Origin: Macrostomum lignano
Taxonomy: Eukaryota
NCBI GenBank assembly: GCA_002269645.1
Contig: NIVC01000506.1
Location: forward strand, 124,001 to 188,000
Direction: 5' to 3'
Length of the DNA: 64,000 bases
This document shows, piece by piece, positions 1 through 14,747 of this stretch. The position numbers were made by a program, and so were the translations under genes. The notes beneath the pieces are model-generated. The model saw only the letters and a program-made list of their open reading frames with translations, searched no databases and was not told where the DNA came from. The stretch's first letter is position 1, and each line of letters begins with the position of its first letter.

Positions 1-305
1 GTAGAGTGTTCTACCTCCCATAAAAAGACATAAAAAGTGTTAAGGTACTACTCACATATTTTATTCAGTAGTATACTAAGTAGCATGCATACAGATATGC
101 ACTGAACCATACATATATTTAAATCAACCAATAGGAAGAGAGAAATCTCAAGCATGCTAATTTTAGAAATCACCCGATCACGTGTAACCTGCACTTGTCA
201 GCTCAAACCCCAGTTGCAATACATCATTCAGTCTGCACTCGGATGAACCAATCAAAGATATCTAAAAATAACTCAAATGCAATAACCAATCATGCGCTTT
301 TACAT
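1..305 (+). repeat. Diverged copy of the CCAAT-rich module found at 2408-2702 (probably LTR-related); may extend left of the window
   Basis: GTAGAGTGTTCTACCTCCC...CACCCGATCACGTGTAACCTGCA...AACCAATCATGCG aligns colinearly with GTAGAGTATTCTACCTCCC...CACCCAATCACGTGTAACCTGCA...AACCAATCATGCG at 2409-2694. Confidence 0.7.
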
Positions 306-1630
306 GAAGTAAAAGAAGAAGTAAAAGAAAGTTTCAGTGGAAGTTTCAGTGGAAGTAAAAGAAGGTGGACCTGGTTTACAAAACATAGACATCTAAAGAG
401 TCAAGAAGTCCTTCATTTGATAACTGGGTTGCCTAGCAAAGTAGCTAGAAGTGATTGTTCCTTGATTACTGAGAAAGTCTTGGTAGTAAGGAACACATCA
501 ATATGATAATGATAGGTAATACAATAACATTGTAGCAAAAAAAGGTTAGATATTTATATAAGGCAATAAGCATACAATGTTGTTCAAAAAGAATAAACTA
601 GGCCCTAATACAAGATCACTTGTCAAAAATTAAATGATATTAAGTTTATTGAATCATAGGCTTTATCTTTTCAATAATATAATTATAAAGAAATATAGGC
701 CTAGGTACAACCAAAAATATTTGCAAAAAATGATGCTGTAGTGGATTATAATAATAAAGCTTTTTTGATTGAAGTCATATACTTTTCCGATTTTATATGA
801 TTCCAAAATTCAAAAATGTTCTTAAAATTTTCTTATAGATTATCCCAGGCTTAGAGGCAAATCATCTACAAATCCAGGATTGACTTCCCTAAATATAAAG
901 GTTACATTTATAAATTAAATATTTAGTGCATAGTGCTTGTTTTCTTTATAATATAACAATTCTATTTTAGCTGAAATAGTATAAAACTAAAGCCATTTAA
1001 AATGGAACTTAATTAGACCTAGTTAACCATAATGGCATTAAAAAAAATTATATTGTGAATGGCGTCTATGAAAACGGAACAAACTTAGTAACCAGCCAAT
1101 CAAAATTCAAGCAAAGATAATGGTATCTTTGCATCTTTATATTCTTTCTTTATGACACTACATATTGTTGAACTAAAAAGTGCAGAAAGTAAAAAATTTA
1201 AGTTGATACTGTTAACGAATTAATCAACTTTAAACGTGAAGAACTTAAAACTGATCACGTCTGATTAGTGGTTTAAATGGTTGCGAGGAACACAATTATG
1301 CAAAAAGCAAAACTAATAAAAATCAAATTTATATTTAACTTTGTGCAACAGCAAATAGTCTTTCTATTATAATTTGGAAAATTACTTTGCTACTTTTATT
1401 TTGAGTGTAAACAATAAAACATTTGTTTATCGACATCACGATGATAAATTTATTTATAAATATAAAACACTTGGGACGGAAGCGGAAGAGGAAGAGGAAG
1501 AGGAAGCGGACTTAAGAAGACTAGCTCAGCAGACCCGCAACACAAAGAAGAGGAGCCCGCAACAGTAAGTGATCACTGATTTTGTTCCCAGGCTTAAGTG
1601 TCTGGAAGTGGCAGTTTTCGGGTGACTGAT

Positions 1631-4379
1631 TGATGGGTTTCGACCTTTCGGCCCCCTTGTGGGGAAGCCTTCGGGCCTCAGGTCTCAGAAATAAATCAAT
1701 TAGAGTCCTGGCCCCCCACTCCTGTCAGATGGTCAGCCCCATGGTAGCTTGATCGTGTGGCGAGCAGTCTAGGTCCTATAGCTAAGAGAGGGACAGCGAG
1801 AGACAAGCAGGGAGAATTTTGAAGGTAGAAATTAGTTAACCCGCAGGTTAAGCTAACTCGCTGCCACCAGCCCGTACGTCCTGGCTCACCACACCGGGAC
1901 TCTCGAAATCGGGCTTCCGACTAGAAGGGGCTTTGCACTTACCTGCCAACTAGTGTATTTTTGCTGTCAATCTCGAAGTCATAGCCGATGATAAGGGACA
2001 CTGCTGGGACTAGATCGCATTGGCCATGCAGGTACAGAGGGGACTTGTGCAGGGATTCTTGCAGTGGCGAGACTATGGGGTAGCTACATGTACCATTACA
2101 TTGTTAAATACGAAGAATTGTACTTTTGACCTTCAACGCGCCAACCAGCCTCTCCTAGCGCTGATGATAGACTAACTCGAACATCAGAGACCGCATGATT
2201 CATCACCCGAGCCGCTTGGCTAACCTAGAGTGCACAAAGTACATCTCTGGAGCCGATTCTGCACTATTGGCAATTTCGCTAACTGATTTGATAGATTGAT
2301 CGACTGAGAACCGCCTTGCCATTGGTCCACTGTAACCGGCGCCTACTAGCTTAGCTATTCATCTGAGCCATCGGCAAACAAAGAAATAAAACCGATAAAA
2401 ATAACTGTGTAGAGTATTCTACCTCCCGCGAAAATCACAAAAATGGCTAATGTACTACTTGTATAGTAGGAAATTGAAGAGCATGAATAAAGGTATGCTT
2501 TGAACTATACGTATATTCTGACTAACCAATAGGAAGAGAGAGACCTCGAGCATGCTAAAATTAGAAATCACCCAATCACGTGTAACCTGCAATTGTCAAA
2601 CTCAAACCCCAGGAGAGATACATCATTCAGCCGTACTCACGTGAACCAATTAAATGTAACTAAAAATAACTTGAATGCGATAACCAATCATGCGTTTTTA
2701 CACCTAACCAATGGAGTAACTTTCTAACCTGCCATGTTTGACAGCAACCAAACCGTGACCTTTTTGACAGTTGAAGAGTTGGACCCACGTGACTTCATGG
2801 GGGTTCATTTGCCTATAAATACAAGTGGTCCGGAACGGACCCGGAGCCAACAAGTTCTCCGAGAGAGAAAGCTCCGAGGAGGAAGCTCTGCAGCAGACTT
2901 CCTACAGCAACTCGAGACTCGGTCGAGTTCTTGCGGTAAGCCTTACTCATTTGCGCCTGTTGGTTGAGAAGTCTCGCTCAAGTCTAGAGTGACTTGAGTC
3001 TAGTTGAGTCTGTTGAGACTCTTGAGTCTGTTTAGACTCCACTGGTTGCAGTCTCCAGAAGAACTGCCCTTGATAGATCTTAGAAGACAAGATTCCGGCC
3101 GGAACTACTTCTACAGCAGAGAAGAATGAAACTCGGACCTGAAGACCTGAAGACGTCTAGAAGTCTACGAGATCTACTGAGAGATCTACAGTTGAGAACT
3201 ACTCAAGGACGAATTGGAGTTTCAGACTACTAGCAGTATTATTGAATGACTTCTGCCTCGATTACAGCACTACTGAACAAAATGAGCAAAGTGTGCGCCT
3301 AATCCAGCTACTGAAACAGGGGACAGATAAGGAATCACCCAATCAAGCAAGTCTAGGCAGCCTCTCACCCAACCAATCAGAAACTCAACAGCCGGAGACC
3401 AGGTAATCCACAGTGACCGAATCGGCTTAGTGCTTCGCAGCTGTAGGCCCGGGATGATGCTGATGTCACGGTCTTCGCAGATAGCTAACAGGTGATGCTC
3501 TTAATCTTGATGTTCGCTGCTGATTACCGGCGGGACTCGTCCTTGATGATGATGGGGGGAAGTCGCAATCCGGGGATCAAACGACGGTCGCGCTCCGGGA
3601 CGTCTCAATCTAGGCTAAGGTCCCAGGAGGAGTTGGTCCAAGCGGGCCAAAAACACCGGTTTAAATAGCCGCCAACTGGACCGCAGTTTGTTATAATGGA
3701 ACACGTCGATTCTGATTGGCTGAGCCGATTTGTTAAAATAAGCGTCGAATTTTCTGATTGGCTAAGCTGGTTGCTACCCAGAATCACGTGACCGGGAGAT
3801 CCTATCAGTTCCCTCGGGGTCGTAAAAACATGACAGGTGCGGCCATAAATCACTCAAAATCGCAACAAAATGATTTATGACTTTTCGCGTAGGATTGACA
3901 AAAATGAATGAAAAAATATACATTAGAAAGCTCTTATTAAATAGAAAGTGAAGATAATGAAGAGAAATCACTAATCGCTAATCCCAAAGTACTTTTAGGG
4001 GTAAAACGCATAGCTGTCAAAGCTGTCACACGCTTGAGTGAACACGAACAATAGGCTCTGACCTCATAAATCTTGATGGCCTGTCAAAATGATGAGAAAA
4101 AAGCTACCGCCCGCATCGTCTCAGACCATCTGGCGCCCGCCTCAACACTGAATGAGGCGCAGGTGGCTGTCAGACCAGCTTTGAAAGCGATGATTTATGA
4201 CCCAAAAAGCTGCGCCTATGTTATTATGACTACTAGTATGACCAAACATTATATCTAGTATAGATTCTATGACAATTCGCAGAAAAAGGATAAAAATGCC
4301 CATTGCCCACTGTTAGTAGGCTAGTAAGTTTAGAGCCCATGTGCTAGCGCGGGGTTTGGAAAAAAGTGCGTCCTCATCA
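1631..4379 (-). mobile_element. Solo LTR (2749 bp) of an LTR retrotransposon, copy 1
   Basis: Termini TGATG...CATCA; 4-bp TSD TGAT at 1627-1630 and 4380-4383; reverse-complement match to 49793-51793 except for 2408-3211; CCAAT boxes and TATA-like motifs; no coding capacity. Sense strand is uncertain. Confidence 0.85.
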
Positions 4380-5294
4380 TGATCACCACCCAATCAAACT
4401 CATCATGGTCATCATATTTCATTAGGCCTTTACTTTAACACGTACTTGAAGCCTCAGGGCATCAATTAAATTGTAATACTGTTTGTCGAAGGCTAATTTT
4501 CGGAAAAGGTGACTTACATATGCTACTGCAGGTAGAGCACAAGGGCACATAATCAAGTCCCATTCAGGAGTAGTATAATTGCGTCCTATTAAAAAACTCT
4601 AATTCTTTCTTAGCACTCGTAAAGGTGCCACTTGGAACGGAGTGATCAATCAAGAGACCGTTAACACCGATACAGCAATGCGACGTAGGCGACGTTGAGC
4701 GACGTTCCCGTTGTTTATCGATGTGGATGAAAAATATGTAATTTACATTACATCGACGGATACGGACGTCTGAACGGCCGGCCGGACAGCTGAAATCATC
4801 TATTGATATAGAAGTTTCAAGAAGTGAACCAAAATGCTTATCACTATTTTTAATAGGGCAAAATGAAGTATTTTCTGAATTCAAAGAGAATTAAGTAATG
4901 TTTGTTAATAATTTATTATAATGTGAAAAAAATGGTGGAATAGTGTTGAAATGTCGCAGAACCAATAGAATACATGTAAGCTTACTCGTGCATGCTCGGA
5001 TACATCAATTTTTATAACTTATGATAAAGTGAATCGGTAAATACGCATAAGCATATACATGTACGATCGTAATTTAATCACTTGTTAACCTTCGAAACTC
5101 TTGAAAATTATACCTGCGGAGTTCATTTAGTATAACAAATCTATCTTCAATACATAGTAATACATTTAGATACTAGCCATCTACATACCATGCATCCGAT
5201 CTGTCAGTTTGTTGTAATCTGTACAAGTAATATATTCGGTCACTGTTCTGCCGGGTTGCTCCCTTCGCCATCGCCAGCGTCACTTTTGGGAACG

Positions 5295-8200
5295 TCACCT
5301 GTAGCCTTTAGCAGCGCCATCGTTTCCCCCAACAACGTCTGTGTTGTCCTTAGCAACATCAGCGCTACTGGCGGCGCCGGAGCTGGACTCCTCGGAGTAT
5401 TCTGGAAGTTTCTTGTCGGCGACTGAGTCCATGGGGATTTCCACAGGGACCACCTGGTTACGGCTGTTCTTGACTTTAATCTTGTTGTAGTAGAAGATCA
5501 CGAACAGTTGCACAAAGCCGCCCAAAAACACGAGGCCGGCGAACAGGAAGAATTCGTGCGCCTGCTTCGGCAGCTTGGGCGCCGCTGCCACGGCAATGAC
5601 AATCATGTTGCCGAAGAAGATGGACACCAGGTAGAAGGTTTGCAGCAGCGACTTCAGGTTGGCTGGGGCCTCCGAATAGGCGTAGGCAAGGGCGGTCACG
5701 GAGAACAGGACCTCCGAGATGCACATCAGAAGATACTGCGGCAGCTGCAACGTGATATGCAACGGGTTGAGCTCCCTGTCCACGATGGTGCGGTAGGTCA
5801 CCGCGCTGCTGCTGGCATTGAATTCGGCATAGACTGTGGCGTACTTGATGGCTGAAGGCAGCGACGACAGGGGCACCTGGAGTTGGTTTTTGGACTGGGC
5901 TTTGAATACTAAGAAAGGCACTTAAGGCAAGCACTAAGACAGACAGGACACTGAGACAAACACTGAGAGTCAGAGATACTTAACAGACTAAAACAAAAAA
6001 ATTGGCAGATAGTAAAACAAAGACTAAGAGAACGCTAATGGCATCAAGACAAAAAAGAGGGTAAGACAATTCATCGTTGAGGCCGTTTGCTTTCCGTGAA
6101 CTATTTTTCGCGAGTCACAAACGCATCACTCTACCTGATCCCGATCAAGAAAGCAGTGCAATTCCCAGCTCTCACCGAGTATTTATGTTCATCTCCAATA
6201 TACATTGGCACGTCGAGTCGGGACGCGATCTCGCAGTAGTCCGTGGCCAGCAGCGGATTTACAGTTCCTTCGCCGGACGAGGTCAAATTCGAGTGCGGCA
6301 AGCAGCGGCCGGGTTCGGTGCCGAACTGCACGGGAGAGCCGGACGTTCTGGGGTCGGCGTGCACCAGCCGGAGCCGGGTCTGCGACACGCTGGCCGGAAT
6401 TGGCAGCGCGGCCGATACGCGACCCGCATCGGCCACGATGACGAGGTTGTCGCTGCCGGGCCGCAGGTGCAGCCAGACAATCTGCACGGAGCCGGGCGGG
6501 CTGCTGCCGCAGTGGCGAGTCACGTTCAGGACGGGACGGTAGTCCCCGCCGGTGTGGTTCCTCAGATGCACTATCCAGGGCGCGTTGTTGAAGCGGTCAA
6601 GCGAGCGGGCCGGGATGCGGCGAGCTTCATCCGGATGAGCGACATCGATGGGGCACGGGTTGGCATTATAGATGCGCAGCTGGGCCTGCGGTGCATGAAA
6701 TAGTGAAGCGATCTTAGCCATTTAGTTTATAAAACCTTAGAGATTTAGTATATTGTGATTTATCCCGTATTATAGACTTTTGGGTGCTGCCTTGAATTGA
6801 AGCGACAGTCGATCTACTCTCAGCCGGTGAGGGGGTAATTAAAGCAGGCCACTTTCACTGACCCCATGCAGTATGTACACACAGGGTGCATTTGCATGTC
6901 AGCAGGTAAGCTGCTGCGCATGTGTGTTAAGCAGGGAGAATGAAGAGAGTGATCTAATGACCGGCTTTGTGATGACGTTTACAGAACTTTTTGCATCAAG
7001 ATGCTCAGAGCAGTTTAAAAGATCAGTTTTTTCTTACTTTCGGTGTGATTGGTTATATCTTTTACTGAAAGACTGCAGACTGTAGAGGTCTAGTAGCATC
7101 AAATGCCATCTGAAATTTCTGACCCCGCAGCTCACCTGTCCAGATGGCAGACCCACAGGCACAGTGTTGTCCACCAGCAGTTCAATGATTCCCGTCAACC
7201 CGAAGGCCGCGGCGCAGATCAGGTAGCCCCAGAAGATTCTCGATGTGGCCGATTTCAGCAAGTTGCACTTGGCGAACAGCGGGTAGACGATGTTGTTGAA
7301 GATCGGCACCACCAGGACGATCAGCAGCGGATTGACAGACTGCATCTGGTCAGCCGTCAGGGAGAAGGACTCGCTGATGTAGCCATCCATCCTCTTGCCC
7401 TGCAGCACCCAGCGCGAGCCCTGCTGGTCAAACAGAGCCCAGTAGATGGGGAAGGGCAGGAACAGCAGCAGCACCTGCACAGCGACACGAACGTCCTCAA
7501 TGAAGGCCCGATCCGCTTTCTCTGCTGCAGAAGTAGGCAGGTGCAGCGAATTTTAAGTAGGACTTTGATTGCGTCTGGTTCAATGATTCAGCCCCAGATA
7601 AAACTTCACTCAGTCTCGCACCCTGAACCGGCTCACCTTCAGTAGCTTTGCTCTCGTCAAACGTTTCTTCCTGGCGCCTCCACAGCTTGCCGGAGAAGAT
7701 CACCTTCATGGCCTTGTTGAGCATGGGGCTCGTCGGCTTCGGGTAGATGTTGTAGGTGCGGGTGCCCGCCAGGAACAGCACGTAGCAGAGCCCGAAAGCG
7801 ATGGCGGGCACGCCGAAGCCGAGTGGATAGCAGGAGTCGTCGACGCACTTCACCTGCTCGCGCAGGATCGGCGTGATCAGCTGGGAGGCGAAGGCGCCGA
7901 TGTTGATGCACATGTAGAACATGGCGAAGAATCCATCGAGCACTTCTTCGTTCTCCTTGCCGACCTGATCTCCGCCGAATGCAGCGACGCAGGGCTTGAT
8001 GCCGCCCGTGCCGATGGCCAAGATCAGCATGGAGATGAGCGGGCCTGGGGATTGGAGGGTGCGTTTCTGTAGGTTTTGCCTGACTTTGGGACTAAAATAT
8101 GTTTGACGCAGTGTTTCTACTTTGAGCATACGGGACTCCTAGATCCTACTATGTAATAAACGGTAAGGTATAGCTGTGTAGCTGCCTACACATGCAATAG

Positions 8201-8611
8201 ATACTTTAGAGTTTGGATATTGAGCCAGAAGTTCTCACCAGGCACATTCTTGGTCAGGGCGGTCAGGGGCATCAGGAGGTGACCAATCAGATAGACGATT
8301 CCCAAAATGGCGATCGTCTTGTACTGTCCCCAGAAATTGTCGGCCAAAAATGTGCCGAGAATTGGGGTCAGGTAGGAGAGCCCAGTGAACAGGTGGTAGA
8401 GGATGGTGGTGGTGTCGTCATCGAAGCCGATGTAGTCGTTGAGGTAGTACGTGAGGATGCCCTTCATGCCATAGAAGGAGAACCGCTCCAGCAGCTCGTG
8501 GACCAGGATGATCCAGGCCGCGGCGCTGAAGGCGGCATAGATGAAGCGGGGGCCCTTCTGCTCGCCGTGCCCAGCCTCCGGGTCAGCCTGTTCTGCGGTC
8601 TTGTCTGACAT
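5295..8611 (-). CDS. SLC15A1: Proton-coupled oligopeptide transporter (POT/PTR2 family, SLC15A1/A2-like), about 753 aa
   Basis: Exons 8611-8239, 8044-7637, 7524-7136, 6685-6176, 5876-5295 join in frame with GT-AG introns (2262 nt). ExxERFxY-like motif ELLERFSFYG, GTGGIKPCVAAFGGDQ, FFAMFYMCINIG, YWALFDQQGSRW, extracellular beta domain, QLPQYLLMCISEVLFSVT and EAPANLKS motifs. The symbol is family-level; A1 vs A2 orthology is not resolved. Confidence 0.93.
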
Positions 8612-9471
8612 GATGGCAGCGCTGCAGGTGCCGAATCGCTGTGCCAGTCCGCCCGCCTGCATCTGGCCCACAGTCGCTCTTATAAATAGAAATTGCCAGC
8701 GGCTTCAGCCGTGGATAAGCGCTATTGGCTGGGTCACACAGTGGCGCGTGTCTTCTGTATTGTTTCTGCGTTGTCACTGGCAACGCCTTCTCGGCGCAAA
8801 ACCAAAAGCTTCGCTCCGATTTCGAGCGTAGGGCGAACATTATCGCGAATTTCTGCTCCTTCGACAAGAGAAATCAGAGACACAGCCCGACTGGGCTTTG
8901 ATAAGCAAGAAAAGAAAGTGAAGTTGGAGGCGAAATTGATAAGTGTTTGATAAACTTTATTGAATTATTGCCTGCATTTCGTTGACGTGACGCAGTTGGA
9001 GTGCGCACTGGAAACCACTGCAGTAAGCTCGCACAGTTGAAAGCATGTGGATTTTACACTAGCAAAAAATTAATTTAAGTTGGTCGTTAAACATGATTTT
9101 TCACATAAAAAATCAAAAACATTTTTGCCCAAATTTTACTGATCCAAAATATTTTAATGGCCCTGCGCAGTTCCCTGCTCAAACTTAGCCAAACCGAAAC
9201 CAGGGAGTTTTTTCGAGTTTAAAATTGTTTCTGCATCAGCAAAATGACTGAAATTTGTCTGTTAAAGGTCAAACGTTTTAATACAAGAGAATATTTGAGA
9301 GTAAACACAGTGAGAATTTCGCATTGACATTTGCGACATTCACTAGCAGTTAATTAGCATAGGAACTATGTTATATTCGTGAGTCTCAGTGACTCGTTTT
9401 TTAATTTTTAAGGCTGCGAGTATTTCAAGATTTCAGCAAAACAACCAAGTGAGGGCCGGGCGCCACGCGAT

Positions 9472-9911
9472 CTGAGGCATATTGAACTGAAGAGCAGTAG
9501 GCGCAGGCATATTGAACTGAAGAGCAGTAGGCGCAGGCATATTGAACTGAAGAGCAGTAGGCGCAGGCATATTGAACTGAAGAGCAGTAGGCGCAGGCAA
9601 ATTGAACTGAAGAGCAGTAGGCGCAGGCAAATTGAACTGAAGAGCAGTAGGCGCAGGCATATTGAACTGAAGAGCAGTAGGCGCAGGCAAATTGAACTGA
9701 AGAGCAGTAGGCGCAGGCAAATTGAACTGAAGAGCAGTAGGCGCAGGCAAATTGAACTGAAGAGCAGTAGGCGCAGGCATATTGAACTGAAGAGCAGTAG
9801 GCGCAGGCATATTGAACTGAAGAGCAGTAGGCGCAGGCATATTGAACTGAAGAGCAGTAGGCGCAGGCATATTGAACTGAAGAGCAGTAGGCGCAGGCAA
9901 ATTGAACTGAA
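9472..9911. repeat. 30-bp minisatellite, about 14.5 units
   Basis: Unit GCGCAGGCA(T/A)ATTGAACTGAAGAGCAGTAG repeated almost perfectly. Confidence 0.97.
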
Positions 9912-10249
9912 AGATTGTGAGCGCAACGGTTTGGGTAATTCTGCTATCTGGAACGTAAACAGAGTGCGCGCGCGATCATGTGACACCCAAGTGAATTTAG
10001 GTGGCTCTGATAGTGCACTTGCATGTTGAATTTTTAATGCTTATCGCGAAAGTATCTTTGCCTTGCCAAGTCTAAGATTGATTGGCCTGTGCACTTTGCC
10101 ACTAGTGATGTGGAGCTGCGGTTGAAGCAGTTTTAAGCAACAAGACTAGCAAAAGAAGCGCTGTCAGCGAACAGGGGAAAGAAGGAAGCAGCTGTGGCTC
10201 TGCAAAGCAAACGAACTCGGCTTGCATGGACAGCGGGTAACTGGGCGAA

Positions 10250-11519
<1,270 letters not shown>

Positions 11520-12244
11520 GTCGGAGCGATTTGATTGCAAACTGATTAAAGTTATAATATTATAATGTCGGTAAACATTCTACAGCAGAGATTTTGATAG
11601 ACAATAAGAATCGATTCCAAATCTTGTTTTTGTTCAGTATTTTGATTTTTAAGTTCTCGGTGCACTCGTGTCCATTTTCGGACAATGACTGCCTGCTGCA
11701 CGCGTTTCGAATCTTAGGCTAGGTAGACTGACTGCTCTGAGTATTGGGGACAGTGCATGCACTGTCCTTGCTTGTGTAGCATGCTCCATACCTGCGATTT
11801 CCGATCAGATTTATACACTCTGAGCCGCCCGGCGTTGGGGAGGCAACACAGAGAGGAGTAAAATATTTTTCAATAAACTGCATGAAGCTTTTGACCTTGT
11901 ACAGTCTCGTGTTTGTTAGTTTCTTGAGGAGAATGATGTTGTGAAGCAAAGAAACACACCATCATCAGCATCCCCTTTGTGCCAGTGGAATTTGCAGTTG
12001 AATGAACTGCTCCGCAAGCTAGACACATTTTAAATAAAATGCAGTTTATTGAAAAATTTGATAAAAAAGCAAAATGAAGACATAAAGAACTCATCGATCC
12101 AATATGTGAAACAGGAATTTTCTGTTTATTAATGTAATAATGAATTTAAAAAAGAATAAAATCCAGTCTATTTGATGTGGCTTCGAAATTGCTTAATGCT
12201 GAGGGGGTTGCTGAGATCCCAAGGGTCCATTGTGAGTTGATAGC

Positions 12245-12390
12245 AGGCCTCACGAGCGTCGGACCCCCGACTTGAAGGTCGGGGGTTCGCTTCCCAATCC
12301 TACTGCAACAATTCGTGTCCTTGAGCAAGACACAACTCTGCATTGCTTCAGTTCACCCAGCTGTAAAATGGGTGCCAGCATTAGCTGGGG
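12245..12390 (+). mobile_element. tRNA-derived SINE with a Nin/Deu-like central domain (3' extent uncertain)
   Basis: tRNA-like head with stem CCCCCGAC/GTCGGGGG and B-box GGTTCGCTTCC, followed by GTGTCCTTGAGCAAGACAC...CACCCAGCTGTAAAATGGGT, matching my recollection of the conserved core of invertebrate Nin/Deu SINEs. Confidence 0.7.
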
Positions 12391-12768
12391 TAATTGAGGG
12401 TGAGTGTGGCGACTTCCCAGTCCTTCTCGAGAGCAAACAGAATGCGCTGGCGATAGGAAAAATGCATGCTGCTCACCCGCCTCCATCCATCCGGCTCAGT
12501 TCTAAGAAATTGACTGTAGCGTCCTTCTGTCTCAGCTGTCCTGTCGGCTAGGGAAACAGGGTCAGTGAATGGATGTGTCATGACCAACTTCAGTAGCTAA
12601 AAACCGCTATTTTTACTTATTCAAGTAGTCTATTCAATAAGTTTCATTTATACAAATATTTAAATAAAATTTTAAAAAATTTCTAAGCTAATATACGCCT
12701 TACCCAACCCTAATTTTTTTTCAGAGAGTTCGGCAATGCAGTTCTATCGATGAAAGCCAAGCATTTTG

Positions 12769-13054
12769 TTTCATAGAAATGCCTCAGGGCTTGACATTCG
12801 GTACAAACCAAGTGTTTCATAGAAATGCCTCAGGGCTTGACATTCGGTGCAAACCAAGTGTTTCATAGAAATGCCTCAGGGCTTGACATTCGGTACAAAC
12901 CAAGTGTTTCATAGAAATGCCTCAGGGCTTGGCATTCGGTACAAACCAAGTGTTTCATAGAAATACCTCAGGGCTTGGCATTCGGTACAAACCAAGTGTT
13001 TCATAGAAATGCCTCAGGGCTTGGCATTCGGTACAAACCAAGTGTTTCATAGAA
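12769..13054. repeat. 46-bp minisatellite, 6.2 units
   Basis: Unit TTTCATAGAAATGCCTCAGGGCTTG(A/G)CATTCGGTACAAACCAAGTG, period 46. Confidence 0.96.
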
Positions 13055-14747
13055 TTTTGTTTTTCCTAGGAATTTTTGAATACTCAGTGGATTGGATAAG
13101 TGGATTTTGATTGATTTAGACGACAAGCAAAATTGCTCCATCTGTGCCGGAGCTACACAGCTAGCTGTTATCAACAGCTATAATCGTCGAGGAGCCTCAA
13201 TTAAAATGGGATTTTCTGAGCACTTCTGCAGCGCATCCAGGGCAAATCCAAGCGGTAGAAGGCAGCTGAGATCAAGAGAAATATTGAGAGAGCTTGCCAA
13301 CTGAGTAAAACATCAGTCGCCACTATCGCTCGCTCTCTATGAGCTGCTGCTCAAATAAAAAACCCTGTCCCCAATCCAATGAGTTCTTCCACTAAAATCT
13401 GGTCACTGCAACTAAAGCGAACACCCAATGATTCAGTTTTGGCCAGAGACATATTATGTCATGACCTATTTGCCTAGCGGGCCAGAAAATCCCGCTGTTA
13501 AGAATACAAAATCCTGCTGGCGCTCTGCCACCCGTCTATGGCACAGACTGGGGGGGCAATTTAATCCTGCGAGCGCGCATTTAATCCCTTTCACTGAGTC
13601 TCTTACCCAATTCTAGCCCACGCAGTCTGACATGAGCGTCTCCAGTGCATCGTTTGAAAAAGAAGGTAGCGAGACGAGCTTCCCAACTGCGAATGGAGAA
13701 GTGCACGCATCTCTCTGTACGTCGTGGAAAGTACAACAAGACACTGACGAGAGAAGCACGCGATCATCATGAGTGCTTTGAATTTCTGTTTTCTTGCATC
13801 GCAGGTGAAGCAGAATTCCCATCTTTCATTCTTGTGAATTTTCATTTCAACATGATCATTCATCATGCAGTTGAGGTTGATAAATGTCTCTGCAAAATGG
13901 CAAATCGAATATGCGCGCTCGCAGGATCAACTAAGGCTGCAAAAAGGTATAGCATAAACTCGGTCAATTACCATAGACAACTATAAAGACAAGAATAGAA
14001 TAGTCTATGGTCGCGAGTGGGGTCTAAACCTCTCCTTTCGACCCCACTGCAGACTGAATGCCGCGCTGGCAGTGGGACAATTCGGCTTGAAATTTCTATG
14101 GTATAATACTAAGAATACCAACGCATTCTAAGAAGTCCTTGGATGAGGTTTAAAAAACCAAAGCTCACCCATAGACAAAAGGGATTGCTTGCACGACCTT
14201 GCACGACTAAGAAGCGAGAAGTTGCCTTTCGACTTTTCGGCCTTATTGGCTTGGCATTCTACGAGTTTTTTTCTATCCAATGCGACTTGAAAATTCTGAA
14301 TTGATCGGGCGCCCGCCGATTGCTTTCCTTTAAGCTGGTAAGTCCGACTTGACCTAATTGAATCAGAAAATTACCTCAAGGAGTTGCTACTCCAGACTCT
14401 AGTTGAAGATCTCCTTGCTGCACTTGTGTTCTCACTGGCCCAGGGCGCCCAGCCAATAGTCATGTTTAGTTGCCTGCTCAATTTTGGTGCAAAATAAGGC
14501 CAATGCTAACCAGACTGGGCGGATTTTGCCTGGCCCAGTTTGCTTTGCAGAAGAGATTGCAGGCAGCAATACAGCGACAAAGCGGGCCTGAGCTGAGAGA
14601 TGCTGGCGAGGCAGCACGCTGGACAACTGACTCCAGAAACCGCAGCAATGCCCCGCTGCGCCTGAACTGATCTTCAATCGATACATACTGTGAGTACCGA
14701 GCTTAGTACAGTTTCAATGGCATTAGTATGACGCATAATCCGCCATA

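Noticed and set aside
3605-4258. Short ORFs conserved between 3605-4258 and 49915-50574
   Set aside because: They are shared only because both lie in copies of the same LTR; no protein motifs are recognisable.
4564-4884. 106-aa minus-strand ORF downstream of PepT
   Set aside because: No motif, start context or splice support.
5476-8608. Alternative-frame and antisense ORFs over PepT, ENaC, GSK3 and GT32 exons
   Set aside because: Expected shadows of GC-rich codon usage in real exons.
9408-9986. Repetitive ORFs (MPAPTALQFN)n and (SSICLRLLLF)n as repeat proteins
   Set aside because: Near-perfect nucleotide repeats open in several frames, with no splice or flanking coding support. The same applies to ORFs at 20666-22565, 23084-24169, 27579-28495, 30380-30856 and 31112-31879.
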